64,000 bases of DNA, taken from contig CAZGQD010000001.1 in NCBI GenBank assembly GCA_964527395.1, positions 3,000-66,999 of the forward strand. Direction: 5' to 3'. Source of the stretch: an uncultured Methanosarcinales archaeon. Its GTDB lineage: Archaea > Nanobdellota > Nanobdellia > Woesearchaeales > GW2011-AR9. Under the pieces are notes generated by a model. That model saw only the letters and a list, made by a program, of their open reading frames with translations. It ran no database searches and was not told the origin of the DNA. A program made the position numbers and the translations under genes. Shown one piece after another: positions 25,318 to 33,889 of this stretch (within the stretch, counting starts at the first letter, position 1; the number at the start of each line of letters is the position of its first letter).

Positions 25318-25635
25318 TTAATATTTCCATTTACTGTGGCCGAAGGCTATGAATAAATCGAAACCTTTGACGTTTGGAGTGTCACAAGCACCATAACAGT
25401 CTCCTGCCCAGAATGTGATGTTTAAAGTAGGGATTGCTTTTAGAAGTTCTTCTTGGATTTTGTTTGCTTTTGGTTTTAAGCCGTCTGGAAGTTGAATTAG
25501 AACTGTTTTAGGATTCTTGGAAACAGAGTTTCCAGACGCAAAATTAGAAGATTTTGCATTTTCTTCTTTGATTTTTTCTATAGCTTTGTCTAGCTCTAGG
25601 TTCAATTCTAAGTGAGTTTTGATTGCTTCTGACAT
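25318..25635 (-). pseudogene. dph2: Diphthamide synthase Dph2, N-terminal ~100 aa only (truncated or split), with a 14-aa repeat-element insertion
   Basis: AK..KTVLIQLPDGLKPKANKIQEELL...GDCYGACDTP...FDLFIAFGHS matches domain 1 of archaeal Dph2 (AKRVLIQSPEGL...YGACD...LIHLGHS). The ORF stops right after GHS, whereas Dph2 is normally ~330 aa. Confidence 0.6.
25514..25560 (+). repeat. Family B double-hairpin element inside the Dph2 fragment (in frame)
   Basis: ttcttggaaacagagtttccagacgcaaaattagaagattttgca has hairpin 1 ggaaac/gtttcc and hairpin 2 gcaaaat/attttgc. It corresponds to the extra SSNFASGNSVSKNP. Confidence 0.75.
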
Positions 25636-25752
25636 TATGTGCTTAAAATTGGGCTTGTTTTTAAAGCTTTGTTGAGTTGCAGAGTGTTTTTTGAGGGATT
25701 TGGTTTTGTGATTCTTTTGGTTCTATTGAATCTTGGTTGTTTGATGTTATGT

Positions 25753-25879
25753 CTTTACGCTCATCAGACTTAGTGCAGGCGTGACCACTGCGCTGTGATT
25801 TTGCTTCCGTTGGTCACAAAATGCTTGTTGTTAGTTAGATGTGTTGAGTGGGATTGCCAGTAAGGAGATGAGCGTGCAG
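25753..25879 (+). repeat. Family A structured repeat, copy A4
   Basis: Outer helix ctttacgctcatc / gatgagcgtgcag. Core agacttagtgcaggcgtgaccactgcgctgtgattttg...caaaatgcttgtt...ttgccagtaagga. Confidence 0.8.
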
Positions 25880-26020
25880 TTGGTGAAGATGGGCTTTGAT
25901 TTGGAGATTCTTTTGGATATGAGGAGGTATTTGTAGTTGAATTAGGATTTTGAGCTTTTTTAGTAGTGGTAGGAGTTGTTTATGGAAGTTTGTGGGGAAA
26001 ATAGGGATTTGAATACAAAA

Positions 26021-26031
26021 CCTTAAAAAGC
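26021..26031 (+). promoter_or_regulatory. TATA box for the retropepsin-rimK operon
   Basis: ccttaaaaagc about 28 nt upstream of ATG 26054. Confidence 0.45.
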
Positions 26032-26053
26032 TTTAAGGGAAATTGATCGGTAG

Positions 26054-26407
26054 ATGGCAAAAAGAGTAGTTTTAGGGTTAACAGAAGAGTTGACTGTGAT
26101 TAGTCAAGCTGATGGAGTGGAAAATGTGTCGCTACGAGGTCGAATAGATACAGGAGCTACATTGTCTTCAATTGATATAGAATTAGCTCATGAATTAGGG
26201 CTAGGGCCTGTAGTGCGTGACAAAATTGTGAAACAAGCAGCAGGTAAGTCAAGAAGGCATGTGGTGATGGTGACTTTAATTATTAAAGGTAAGAAGATTA
26301 CTGAAGAAGTTTCAATAGCTGATCGTAAAAGGATGAAATATCCGCTCCTTGTTGGGCAAAATATGCTTAAAAAAGGGAATTTTATGGTTGATCCATTGAT
26401 TGATTAG
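26054..26407 (+). CDS. Retropepsin-like aspartic protease (RimK-associated, DUF785/RimB-like)
   Basis: GRIDTGATLSSID carries the D-T-G motif. Small size, and sits immediately upstream of rimK. Confidence 0.75.
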   Translation: MAKRVVLGLTEELTVISQADGVENVSLRGRIDTGATLSSIDIELAHELGLGPVVRDKIVKQAAGKSRRHVVMVTLIIKGKKITEEVSIADRKRMKYPLLVGQNMLKKGNFMVDPLID

Positions 26408-26468
26408 TTTTGGGTTGTTTGTGTTTTAGGTTATAGTTTATGAAAAAAGAAAGGAAAATGTGTTTAAA

Positions 26469-27551
26469 ATGAGAGCGGCAATAATTTCACTCGGATCAAA
26501 ATCATCAGTTATGACAGCGGAAGCTATGAAAGAGTTTTTTGATCATGTAGATATGATTCAGCTTAAGAAAATTGAGATTTTGCTTGGTCGAGATGCAGGG
26601 ATTTACTATAATGGTAAACCAATGGAAGAGTATGATTGTGTTTATGTAAAGGGATCTTTTCGTTATGCAAATTTACTTCGATCAATTACAAGTATGCTTG
26701 AAGGAAAAGTAGCATATTTACCAATACCATCACATTGTTTTACAACAGTTCACAATAAATTGTTGACTCACTTGGCTTTACAACAGCATAATATTCCAAT
26801 GCCAAAAACGTATTTATCTTCTACTGTAGATGAAGCTAAGGAACTACTTAAGCGTGTTAATTATCCGATTGTGATGAAGTTTCCAGAAGGAACACAAGGA
26901 AAAGGAGTAGTTTTTGCTGATTCTAAGGCTTCTGCATCTTCACTACTTGATGCTTTTAGTGCTTTAAATCAACCTTTTATTATTCAAGAATATCTTGAGA
27001 CAGGTGGGACTGACTTACGTGTTATTGTGATTGGTGACAAAGCTGTAGCAGCTATGAAAAGAGTGGCTAAAACAGATGAGAAACGTGCTAACATTCATGC
27101 AGGTGGATCTGGAGAAGCTGCGCATATCACACGTGAGGTGGCTGCTCTTGCTATCAAGACTGCTCGGGCACTTGGAGCTGAAGTTGCTGGTGTTGATATC
27201 TTAGAAGGACCTCATGGACCTATGGTGATTGAGGCTAATATTTCTCCAGGACTTCAAGGAGTTAGTGCAGCGCATCCCAACAAAAACATTGCTCGAGAGA
27301 TTGCAGCGTTCTTTTCTAATCAAACTAAAATGGTTCTTAGTAGTAAAGGTAAAGTTGAAACTGCTAAAGTTCTTAAGAAAATGGATGATGAAGAGAAAGG
27401 CATTAATGAAATTATTACTAATTTGCAGTTTAAAGGTGAAAGGATAGTTCTGCCACTTGTTGTAACAAAGTTAACTCAGTTCAATGAACTTGAAAATTAT
27501 GTGATTCGTTCTAAGAAAGGTAAGCTTGAGATTAGTGAGTTTAATTTGTAG
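26469..27551 (+). CDS. rimK: ATP-grasp alpha-L-glutamate ligase, RimK family, with C-terminal extension
   Basis: YPIVMKFPEGTQGKGVVFADS, FIIQEYLETGGTDLRVIVIGDK, ANIHAGGSGE and GVDILEG...VIEANISPGLQG are typical ATP-grasp motifs. Confidence 0.85.
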   Translation: MRAAIISLGSKSSVMTAEAMKEFFDHVDMIQLKKIEILLGRDAGIYYNGKPMEEYDCVYVKGSFRYANLLRSITSMLEGKVAYLPIPSHCFTTVHNKLLTHLALQQHNIPMPKTYLSSTVDEAKELLKRVNYPIVMKFPEGTQGKGVVFADSKASASSLLDAFSALNQPFIIQEYLETGGTDLRVIVIGDKAVAAMKRVAKTDEKRANIHAGGSGEAAHITREVAALAIKTARALGAEVAGVDILEGPHGPMVIEANISPGLQGVSAAHPNKNIAREIAAFFSNQTKMVLSSKGKVETAKVLKKMDDEEKGINEIITNLQFKGERIVLPLVVTKLTQFNELENYVIRSKKGKLEISEFNL

Positions 27552-27605
27552 GTTTTTGGTTGATTTTTAGATAATTTTATGTATTTGTTTATTTTGTTAA
27601 TTTTT

Positions 27606-27986
27606 ATGGAAGATTTAGATAGATTAGTAGGTGCTGTTTATTGTGGGAAAATTGATGATGAAAATAAAAGAACTTTTGTTTTTTCAGATGGTTTTCATGT
27701 TAAAGTAGATTATAATGGAGAAACTCTTTTAGAAGATGCTTATTCTGTTGGAAGAAGAGAAGAAGTTTTAGGAATTGATGAATTAGATGATTTAAAGAGA
27801 GTGAAAGTAGGAAGTAGTTCAGTTCGTGAAGGAGGAGTAGGGAGGTTAGATTTTGAGAATGGGATGTATCTTGAACTTGGTTTGAATGGATCTAGTTACT
27901 CTGTTGGAAATGATCGAGAGGCTTTAAGAGATTTCTTTGCACCAGTTTTTTCTGCTTTAGGAGAAGAGAATTATCAAAATAGTTGA
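27606..27986 (+). CDS. Hypothetical small acidic protein
   Basis: ORF starting at an internal ATG with a TATA-like element ~30 nt upstream. No family recognised. Confidence 0.45.
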   Translation: MEDLDRLVGAVYCGKIDDENKRTFVFSDGFHVKVDYNGETLLEDAYSVGRREEVLGIDELDDLKRVKVGSSSVREGGVGRLDFENGMYLELGLNGSSYSVGNDREALRDFFAPVFSALGEENYQNS

Positions 27987-28081
27987 TTTTTAATAAACCG
28001 TTATGTTTTTAAAGGATAATTGTTTCTTTTAATATGTTATTTTTGTTTTATTAGATAGAAAAATAGTATGGAGGTGAAAAA

Positions 28082-28792
28082 ATGTTAGATGGAAAGAGTT
28101 TTATGGGTCTAGTTTTAGTTTTCGGAGGTATTTTGATTGCTAGTTCTTTACTTTTTGGCGGTGCTTCATTAGAGGTAGCTACAACAGGTCAAGCTTATCA
28201 AGATGGAATTGGCTATAATGAAGAGGAATTAGATGATGCTTGGGAAAAATCTGATGGAGATGGAGTTAGTGCACCAACTGTTCAAGAAAATAATGAAGGA
28301 GATTTAGTTGATGGTGATACAGATGATACAGATGACCCAAGTGAAAGTGATGAAAGATATGGGAGAATGCCAGTGGTTGAAGCAAAATTACAGTTAACTC
28401 CCCAGACGTCTTTTCCAGGGCTAGAAGGTGATAGTAACCCAGATAATGATATGCAACATCCGACAGTAGAAGGACAGACAATTGATTATTATTGTGCAGA
28501 GGGAGATGATGTAATTGATTATTATCAAGGTGCTGAGACATTCAATTATTACTATGGTGAAGATGGGAATGTAGTACAAGTTGAAACTGAGTCAGAAAGA
28601 ACATGGGATCATTGTTTAGAAGATAATGAAGTAAGCCCTTTTATTGAAGCAGGTGTACTTGATAATGATTTTGAAAATGTACAAGCACAGTACCTTGTAG
28701 AATATTATTGTTCAGGAAGCACTAAAGTTGTTACTGTAACATCATGTAAAGAAGGTTGTTATAATGACGGGTTTTCTCAGTGTTGGAGTTAG
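28082..28792 (+). CDS. Secreted acidic Cys-containing protein
   Basis: N-terminal signal/TM (FMGLVLVFGGILIASSLLF), D/E-rich, six or more Cys in the C-terminal half. Confidence 0.5.
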   Translation: MLDGKSFMGLVLVFGGILIASSLLFGGASLEVATTGQAYQDGIGYNEEELDDAWEKSDGDGVSAPTVQENNEGDLVDGDTDDTDDPSESDERYGRMPVVEAKLQLTPQTSFPGLEGDSNPDNDMQHPTVEGQTIDYYCAEGDDVIDYYQGAETFNYYYGEDGNVVQVETESERTWDHCLEDNEVSPFIEAGVLDNDFENVQAQYLVEYYCSGSTKVVTVTSCKEGCYNDGFSQCWS

Positions 28793-28806
28793 TTTTAATT
28801 TTTTTT

Positions 28807-29268
28807 TTATTTTTCTAATATTATTTTAAATTCAAATGGAAATGTTGCTTTTTTTCTTAATCTAATCCAATATGGAGTTGCTTGGAAGAATTCTATGTCT
28901 TTGTGATTTAGATAGTCTAAGTTGATGTTGGGAAATTTTTCTTTGAAAAATGATTTGATTTTTGTGATTTGTTTTTGGTTATTGATTAGAATTGTGTTTG
29001 CTTGGATTTGGGCGTATTCGTTTGTAGTTTGGTTATGAATATCAATGCCAATTTTTTTGTTTTGCTTTAAATTGTGTTTTTTTCTACTAGAATTGAAGCT
29101 TTTGAAGTAAATATTGTTATCTTTGTCTACTACGAATTGCATGGTTGCTACTTGAGGTTCGATTTGATCTTTTGATTTTAGGTTAACTGTAGCTAGATTA
29201 AGATATTTAGTTGTTTTTAGAAGTTTTTGATATGTTTTTAAGTGAGAATTGGTTTGGTTTGATTTCAT
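28807..29268 (-). CDS. Pyridoxamine 5'-phosphate oxidase-like FMN-binding split-barrel protein (tentative)
   Basis: YLNLATVN...VATMQFVVDKDNNIYFKSFNSSRKKHNLKQNKKIGIDIH resembles the PNPOx-like/general stress protein 26 pattern. Confidence 0.4.
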   Translation of the reverse strand: MKSNQTNSHLKTYQKLLKTTKYLNLATVNLKSKDQIEPQVATMQFVVDKDNNIYFKSFNSSRKKHNLKQNKKIGIDIHNQTTNEYAQIQANTILINNQKQITKIKSFFKEKFPNINLDYLNHKDIEFFQATPYWIRLRKKATFPFEFKIILEK

Positions 29269-29280
29269 TTTCTTTTTTTT

Positions 29281-29916
29281 TTAATATTCAATACCACGTC
29301 TGGCGTTTTGACCTTCGTCAAAATAGTGTTTTTTTAAGGTCATTTCTGTGACTAGGTTAGCTGCGTTTTTGATAGCTTTAGTTGCTCCTCTGCCAGTTAA
29401 GATCAATTCTACATGTTCTGGTTTGTTTTTGATTAGATTAATTACTTTGTTTTCATCTAACATGCCTAATTGGACTGCAACGTTGATTTCATCTAGAATT
29501 ATTAAGTTGTGTTCGCCTTGGTGGACTAATTCATGGCTTCGTTTGAAAGCTTCTTCGATATAGTCTTTTTGGATATCATCGTTTAAAAAGCAGAATCTGC
29601 AGGTTCCACACTCAATATCTTCTCTGATGTAGTCAAACAATTTTGATTTTTGTTCTATTTTTGTTAGGTCAAAATAACCTTTCATTTTCATTTGCTTTTT
29701 TTGTTTGATGCAATGACGGCCGTATTGTTCGATATTGAAATTTGGTAAGTAGTTTTTGGCTGCAAGATACTCGCCTGTGTAAGCACCACCTTTCATATAT
29801 TGGATCATAAAAACTTTGAAACCTTGGCCTACTGCTCTTAAAGCTAAACCTAAAGAAGCAGTGGTTTTTCCTTTTCCATCCCCAGTGTAAACTTGGACTT
29901 TACCTGTTCTTGTCAT
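29281..29916 (-). CDS. cobA: Cob(I)alamin adenosyltransferase, CobA/CobO/BtuR type, with a Cys-containing insertion
   Basis: GKVQVYTGDGKGKTTASLGLALRAVGQGFKVFMIQYMKG, LIILDEINVAV, VELILTGRGA and LVTEM..KH. Confidence 0.85.
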   Translation of the reverse strand: MTRTGKVQVYTGDGKGKTTASLGLALRAVGQGFKVFMIQYMKGGAYTGEYLAAKNYLPNFNIEQYGRHCIKQKKQMKMKGYFDLTKIEQKSKLFDYIREDIECGTCRFCFLNDDIQKDYIEEAFKRSHELVHQGEHNLIILDEINVAVQLGMLDENKVINLIKNKPEHVELILTGRGATKAIKNAANLVTEMTLKKHYFDEGQNARRGIEY

Positions 29917-29999
29917 TTTGATGTTTATTATTTTAATTGATAACTTGTGAAAGTAGTTTTTATAGATTTAGATTTTCTAGTGTTATATTTTGTTAATTC

Positions 30000-32036
30000 T
30001 TAGTAGGAGTTGAGTACTTGAGTGTCTAAACTGCCGTCACGGTAAACAGTGATACCTTTACAACCTAAATCGTAAGCTAGCATAAATACTCTTTGGATAT
30101 CGTCAACAGTAGCATTATGAGGGAAATTTACTGTTTTTGAGATTGAATTGTCTAAGTGTTTTTGAAAAGCAGCTTGCATTTTCACATGTTCATCAGGAGT
30201 TAAATCCATAGCAGTTACAAAGAGTTTTCTGACATCTTTAGGAATTTCTTTAACATCTTGAATAGATACTTTCCCTGCTATTGTTCTGAAGATTTCCTCT
30301 GAATAGAAACCTTTTCTTTTAGCTATTTTTTCGAACATTGGATTTACTTCTAGGAATTCGAATTGGGCGGTACGTCTAAGGAATGAGATGCCGTATAATG
30401 GTTCTATACTTGGTGAACAACCAGCTATGTGAGAGATGGTTCCTGTTGGGGAAATTGAAGTGATGCAAGCATTTCTTCTTTTTGGTTTGTCTTTGTAGAT
30501 GCTGATGTTTTGGTTAGGGAATTCGCCCCTTTCTTCTGCTAGATTTTGTGTTGCAATTTTGGCTGTTTGATCTATGAATTTCATTAGTTTTGAAGCTAAG
30601 TCTCTTGCTTCGCTGGAGTTGTATGGTAGTTCTAGTTTGATTAGAAGGTCAGCAAAACCCATGAGTCCTAAGCCAATTTTACGGTTGTTGTTTACTATTT
30701 CTTTGGTTTTTCTAAGAGGAAATGAGTTGATTTCTGTGGCGTTGTCTAAGAATCTTATAGCTAGGTTGATTGTGTTTTCTAGTTTTTCGTAATTTATCTC
30801 TTCTGTTTTGGTTTCTTGCTTGGTGATGGTATGGTTTTTTAGGTTAATTGAACCAAGAATGACAGATTCGTAAGGAAGCATTGGATACTCGCCGCAAGGG
30901 CTAGTGGTTTCGTGTTTTCCTAGAGCTGGAGTAGGGTTGTTCTTTTGGATGTTGATTCTGTCTACGAAAATTATTCCAGGGTCACCGTTTTTCCATGCCA
31001 TAAGTGAGAGAAGGTCCATGATTCTTTTGGCATTTAGTTTTCCTGCTGGTTCTTTGTTTCTTGGATTATAAAGAGTGTACTCTGTACCTTTTTTAAGGGC
31101 CCTCATAAAGGCGTCTGTGATTCCAACAGATAGGTTGTAGTTGTTTACAGTTTCTCTGTCGTCTTTAATTGTGATAAAATCAATAATGTCAGGGTGGTCT
31201 ATTCTTAAGACAGCCATGTTTCCACCAGGTCTGATTTGACCTTGCTTGATGATACTAGTTGCTTTATCAAAGAGTTTTAGAAAAGCTAGTGGACCGCAAG
31301 CTGTACCAGGTTTACCTCTGATACTGTCACGTCTAGGTCTGATTCTTGAGAATGAAAAGCCTGTTCCACCACCTTTTTTGTGAATAATAGCAGCTGCCTT
31401 TAAGGTTGTGAATACTCCTTCTGTTGAGTCTTCTATAGGGAGTGCTGTAACACTGGATAGGAGGCCGTTTTGTTTGCCAGCGTTAAGAAACATAGGTGAA
31501 TTTGGAAGGAAATCTTTGTTTGTAAGAAGGTCCAAGAAGAGTTTTTGATATCTTTCTTGGTTTTGTTGTCCTTGATTATTTGGTTTGAAGATTTTTTCTG
31601 CTTTGATTATGTGTTTTACAACTCTTTCAAACATTTGTCTTGGAGTTTCTATGACTTTTCCAGATTCGTCCTTTAAAAGGTATCTTGATTCTAAGATTCT
31701 TAGGGCGTTCATTCCTAGTTTTAAGTCATCTGTTACTCCTGTTTGTTCTTTTCTTTCTCTTAGTTGTGAACGTTTATATCTGTAGAGGATGAAAGCTTTA
31801 GCAACTTTAGGGTAACCTTCTTCCATTAGTACCTTTTCTATGAAGTCTGAGATGCTTTCTACGTGGACTGGGTTAGTTTCTAAGAGTCTTAAATAGTCGC
31901 AGACAAGAGAACTTAGAGCTTCTGCAGGAGTAATTTGGTCTTGATTTACTGATTCAGCTGCTCTTTTGATAACTTTGATGATGTTATTCTGATCGAATTT
32001 TACAATGTTTTCATCACGTTTTTGTACGAATTCCAT
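30000..32036 (-). CDS. nrdJ: Class II (adenosylcobalamin-dependent) ribonucleotide reductase with N-terminal ATP-cone
   Basis: VQKRDENIVKFDQNNI (ATP-cone), TSPCGEYPMLPYESVILGSINL, ISPTGTISHIAGCSPSIEPLY. TATA on the minus strand at 32058-32068. Confidence 0.9.
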   Translation of the reverse strand: MEFVQKRDENIVKFDQNNIIKVIKRAAESVNQDQITPAEALSSLVCDYLRLLETNPVHVESISDFIEKVLMEEGYPKVAKAFILYRYKRSQLRERKEQTGVTDDLKLGMNALRILESRYLLKDESGKVIETPRQMFERVVKHIIKAEKIFKPNNQGQQNQERYQKLFLDLLTNKDFLPNSPMFLNAGKQNGLLSSVTALPIEDSTEGVFTTLKAAAIIHKKGGGTGFSFSRIRPRRDSIRGKPGTACGPLAFLKLFDKATSIIKQGQIRPGGNMAVLRIDHPDIIDFITIKDDRETVNNYNLSVGITDAFMRALKKGTEYTLYNPRNKEPAGKLNAKRIMDLLSLMAWKNGDPGIIFVDRINIQKNNPTPALGKHETTSPCGEYPMLPYESVILGSINLKNHTITKQETKTEEINYEKLENTINLAIRFLDNATEINSFPLRKTKEIVNNNRKIGLGLMGFADLLIKLELPYNSSEARDLASKLMKFIDQTAKIATQNLAEERGEFPNQNISIYKDKPKRRNACITSISPTGTISHIAGCSPSIEPLYGISFLRRTAQFEFLEVNPMFEKIAKRKGFYSEEIFRTIAGKVSIQDVKEIPKDVRKLFVTAMDLTPDEHVKMQAAFQKHLDNSISKTVNFPHNATVDDIQRVFMLAYDLGCKGITVYRDGSLDTQVLNSY

Positions 32037-32041
32037 GTAGG

Positions 32042-32098
32042 GTGTATGTGTGAGGGTTGTTTATAAAGGTGATTGTGTGTTGGAGGTGGTTTTTTGGT
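32042..32098. repeat. Direct repeat DR1a (nrdJ promoter region), duplicated at 33621-33675
   Basis: gtgtatgtgtgagggttgtttataaaggtgattgtgtgttggaggtggttttt versus gtgtatgtgtgagggttgtttataagatgattgtgggttgtgagtggttttt. Confidence 0.8.
32058..32068 (-). promoter_or_regulatory. TATA box for nrdJ
   Basis: Minus strand reads cctttataaac, about 27 nt upstream of ATG 32036. Confidence 0.5.
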
Positions 32099-32145
32099 AC
32101 TTAGTTAGCATAATCTTTATAAGGATTTGATTTTGAGGAGTATTT

Positions 32146-32493
32146 ATGTTACGAGGACATTTGAGAGTAAGGACTTTTAATTTTGATCTTGCTGACTGTG
32201 TAGATGAGGCTTTTGCTTTGTTGAGAAGAAGTTATGTTGGGCCAGGAGTTGGAGAAGAAGTCTCATCTGATGATGGCTGTCTTGAATTAAAGGATGCTGT
32301 TTCAGGTTCAACTAGGTTTTTAGTGAATGGAGAAAATATTAGTGTTATGGTTTCTTATGATGCTGGGTTTGGTGGAACTGAATATGCAAAAGGTGTAGAA
32401 ATGGTTTGTGGAGATAATTTAGCAGTAAATGGTCAGATTAGAGATTTTGTTGATTATTTAGATACTCATGCGAATAGGGAGAAGTATTCTTGA
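32146..32493 (+). CDS. Hypothetical small protein (its 3' end is duplicated at 36411-36452)
   Basis: ORF with TATA ctttataagg at 32115-32124. No family recognised. Confidence 0.45.
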   Translation: MLRGHLRVRTFNFDLADCVDEAFALLRRSYVGPGVGEEVSSDDGCLELKDAVSGSTRFLVNGENISVMVSYDAGFGGTEYAKGVEMVCGDNLAVNGQIRDFVDYLDTHANREKYS

Positions 32494-32612
32494 GAAGTTT
32501 GTTGAAATAATTTTGGAAAGATGATTTTTTCAAGTTGAATAAAAAAATTGCTCAAATAGTGAACTTTGAGAAGCAATAGATAAGATTATTGGTGACATTG
32601 AGGGTGATAGAA

Positions 32613-33608
32613 ATGAATAAATCCAAAAATAACATAATAATATATCAAAATATTGATGGAAAATCAGATATTTTTGTGAAAATTAAAAATGAAACAGTTT
32701 GGTTAACTCAGGCTCAAATGGTTGATTTATTTAATTCAAGCAAATCAAATGTTAGTGAGCATATTAAACATATTTTTGAAGAAGGAGAATTGAAAAAAGA
32801 ATCAGTTGTTCGGAAATTCCGAACAACTGCCTCAGATGGTAAAAATTACAATATTGAACATTATAACTTAGACATGATTATTTCATTAGGATATCGTATT
32901 AAATCATCAATTGCCACCAAATTTAGACAATGGGCTACTAAAAGGTTAAGAGAATACATTGTTAAAGGCTTTGCGATGGATGATGAACGGCTTAAAGATC
33001 TTGGTGGTGGTAATTATTGGAAAGAATTACTTGATCGGATTCGAGATATTCGTTCAAGTGAGAAAGTTTTGTATCGTCAGGTTCTTGATTTGTACGCAAC
33101 AAGCACAGATTATGACCCAAAATCTTTGCAATCAATAGAGTTTTTCAAAATTGTTCAAAATAAGCTTCATTTTGCAGCCCATAGCAATACTGCCGCTGAA
33201 ATGATTTTTAACCGTGCTGATGCAAAAAAAGAATTTATGGGCTTAACTACATTTAAAAGGAATATTCCTGTTAAGTCTGATATTGTAGTGGCAAAAAATT
33301 ATCTTTCTAAAAATGAATTGAAGATACTCAATAATATCGTTTCTGCATTCTTTGATCTGGCAGAAGTTAAAGCGATGAATCAACAAGCAATGGGAATGAA
33401 AGATTGGATTACTCAACTGGATCGATTAATTAAGACATTTGATAAAGATATTCTAGCTGATGCTGGCAAAGTAAGCCATAAAAAAGCTATTGCAAAAGCA
33501 GAAAAAGAGTACAGAAAATATCAAGTGAGAACATTATCTCTTGTTGAAAAAGCATATTTAGATAATATAGTGGACATTCAAAAGAAAGTGAAAAATAAAG
33601 CAAAATAG
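32613..33608 (+). CDS. rhuM: RhuM-family virulence-associated protein
   Basis: IIIYQNIDGKSDIFVKIKNETVWLTQAQMVDLFNSSKSNVSEHIKHIFEEGEL and ISLGYRIKSSIATKFRQWATKRLREYIVKGFAMDDERLK are characteristic of RhuM. Confidence 0.85.
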   Translation: MNKSKNNIIIYQNIDGKSDIFVKIKNETVWLTQAQMVDLFNSSKSNVSEHIKHIFEEGELKKESVVRKFRTTASDGKNYNIEHYNLDMIISLGYRIKSSIATKFRQWATKRLREYIVKGFAMDDERLKDLGGGNYWKELLDRIRDIRSSEKVLYRQVLDLYATSTDYDPKSLQSIEFFKIVQNKLHFAAHSNTAAEMIFNRADAKKEFMGLTTFKRNIPVKSDIVVAKNYLSKNELKILNNIVSAFFDLAEVKAMNQQAMGMKDWITQLDRLIKTFDKDILADAGKVSHKKAIAKAEKEYRKYQVRTLSLVEKAYLDNIVDIQKKVKNKAK

Positions 33609-33620
33609 GAGATGATTTTA

Positions 33621-33675
33621 GTGTATGTGTGAGGGTTGTTTATAAGATGATTGTGGGTTGTGAGTGGTTTTTGTA
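33621..33675. repeat. Direct repeat DR1b (copy of the nrdJ promoter segment)
   Basis: See DR1a. 25 consecutive identical bases including the TATA box, then about 80% identity. Confidence 0.8.
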
Positions 33676-33723
33676 TGGAGAATTAAGGACAACTACCCAA
33701 ATTAATTACTTTTAGGTGATAAT

Positions 33724-33733
33724 ATTTATAAAT
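33724..33733 (+). promoter_or_regulatory. TATA box for the TrpF-like gene
   Basis: atttataaat about 25 nt upstream of GTG 33755. Confidence 0.5.
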
Positions 33734-33754
33734 CAGGCTTATTTTTGGAAATTT

Positions 33755-33844
33755 GTGGTAAGTTACGTTAAAATTTGTGGTATTGATCATTTAGAAGATG
33801 CTCTTACTGCAATTCATTATGGAGCAGATGCATTAGGTTCATGA
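33755..33844 (+). pseudogene. 5' fragment (29 codons) of the TrpF-like gene, cut off by stop codons supplied by a hairpin element
   Basis: GTG about 25 nt downstream of tttataaa (33724-33733). (M)VSYVKICGIDHLEDALTAIHYGADALGS* is the canonical PRAI N-terminus (VKICGI..ED...A...GADA.G). Confidence 0.7.
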
Positions 33845-33889
33845 AAATTATAAATTTTCAGACGCAGAATTAAAAAAATTCTGCATTTT
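33839..33889 (+). repeat. Family B double-hairpin element interrupting the TrpF-like gene
   Basis: Hairpin 1 is gaaaat-tataa-attttc (33843-33859) and hairpin 2 is gcagaat-taaaaaa-attctgc (33864-33884). In-frame TGA at 33842 and TAA at 33851. The downstream ORF resumes in the same frame at GTG 33890. Confidence 0.8.
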
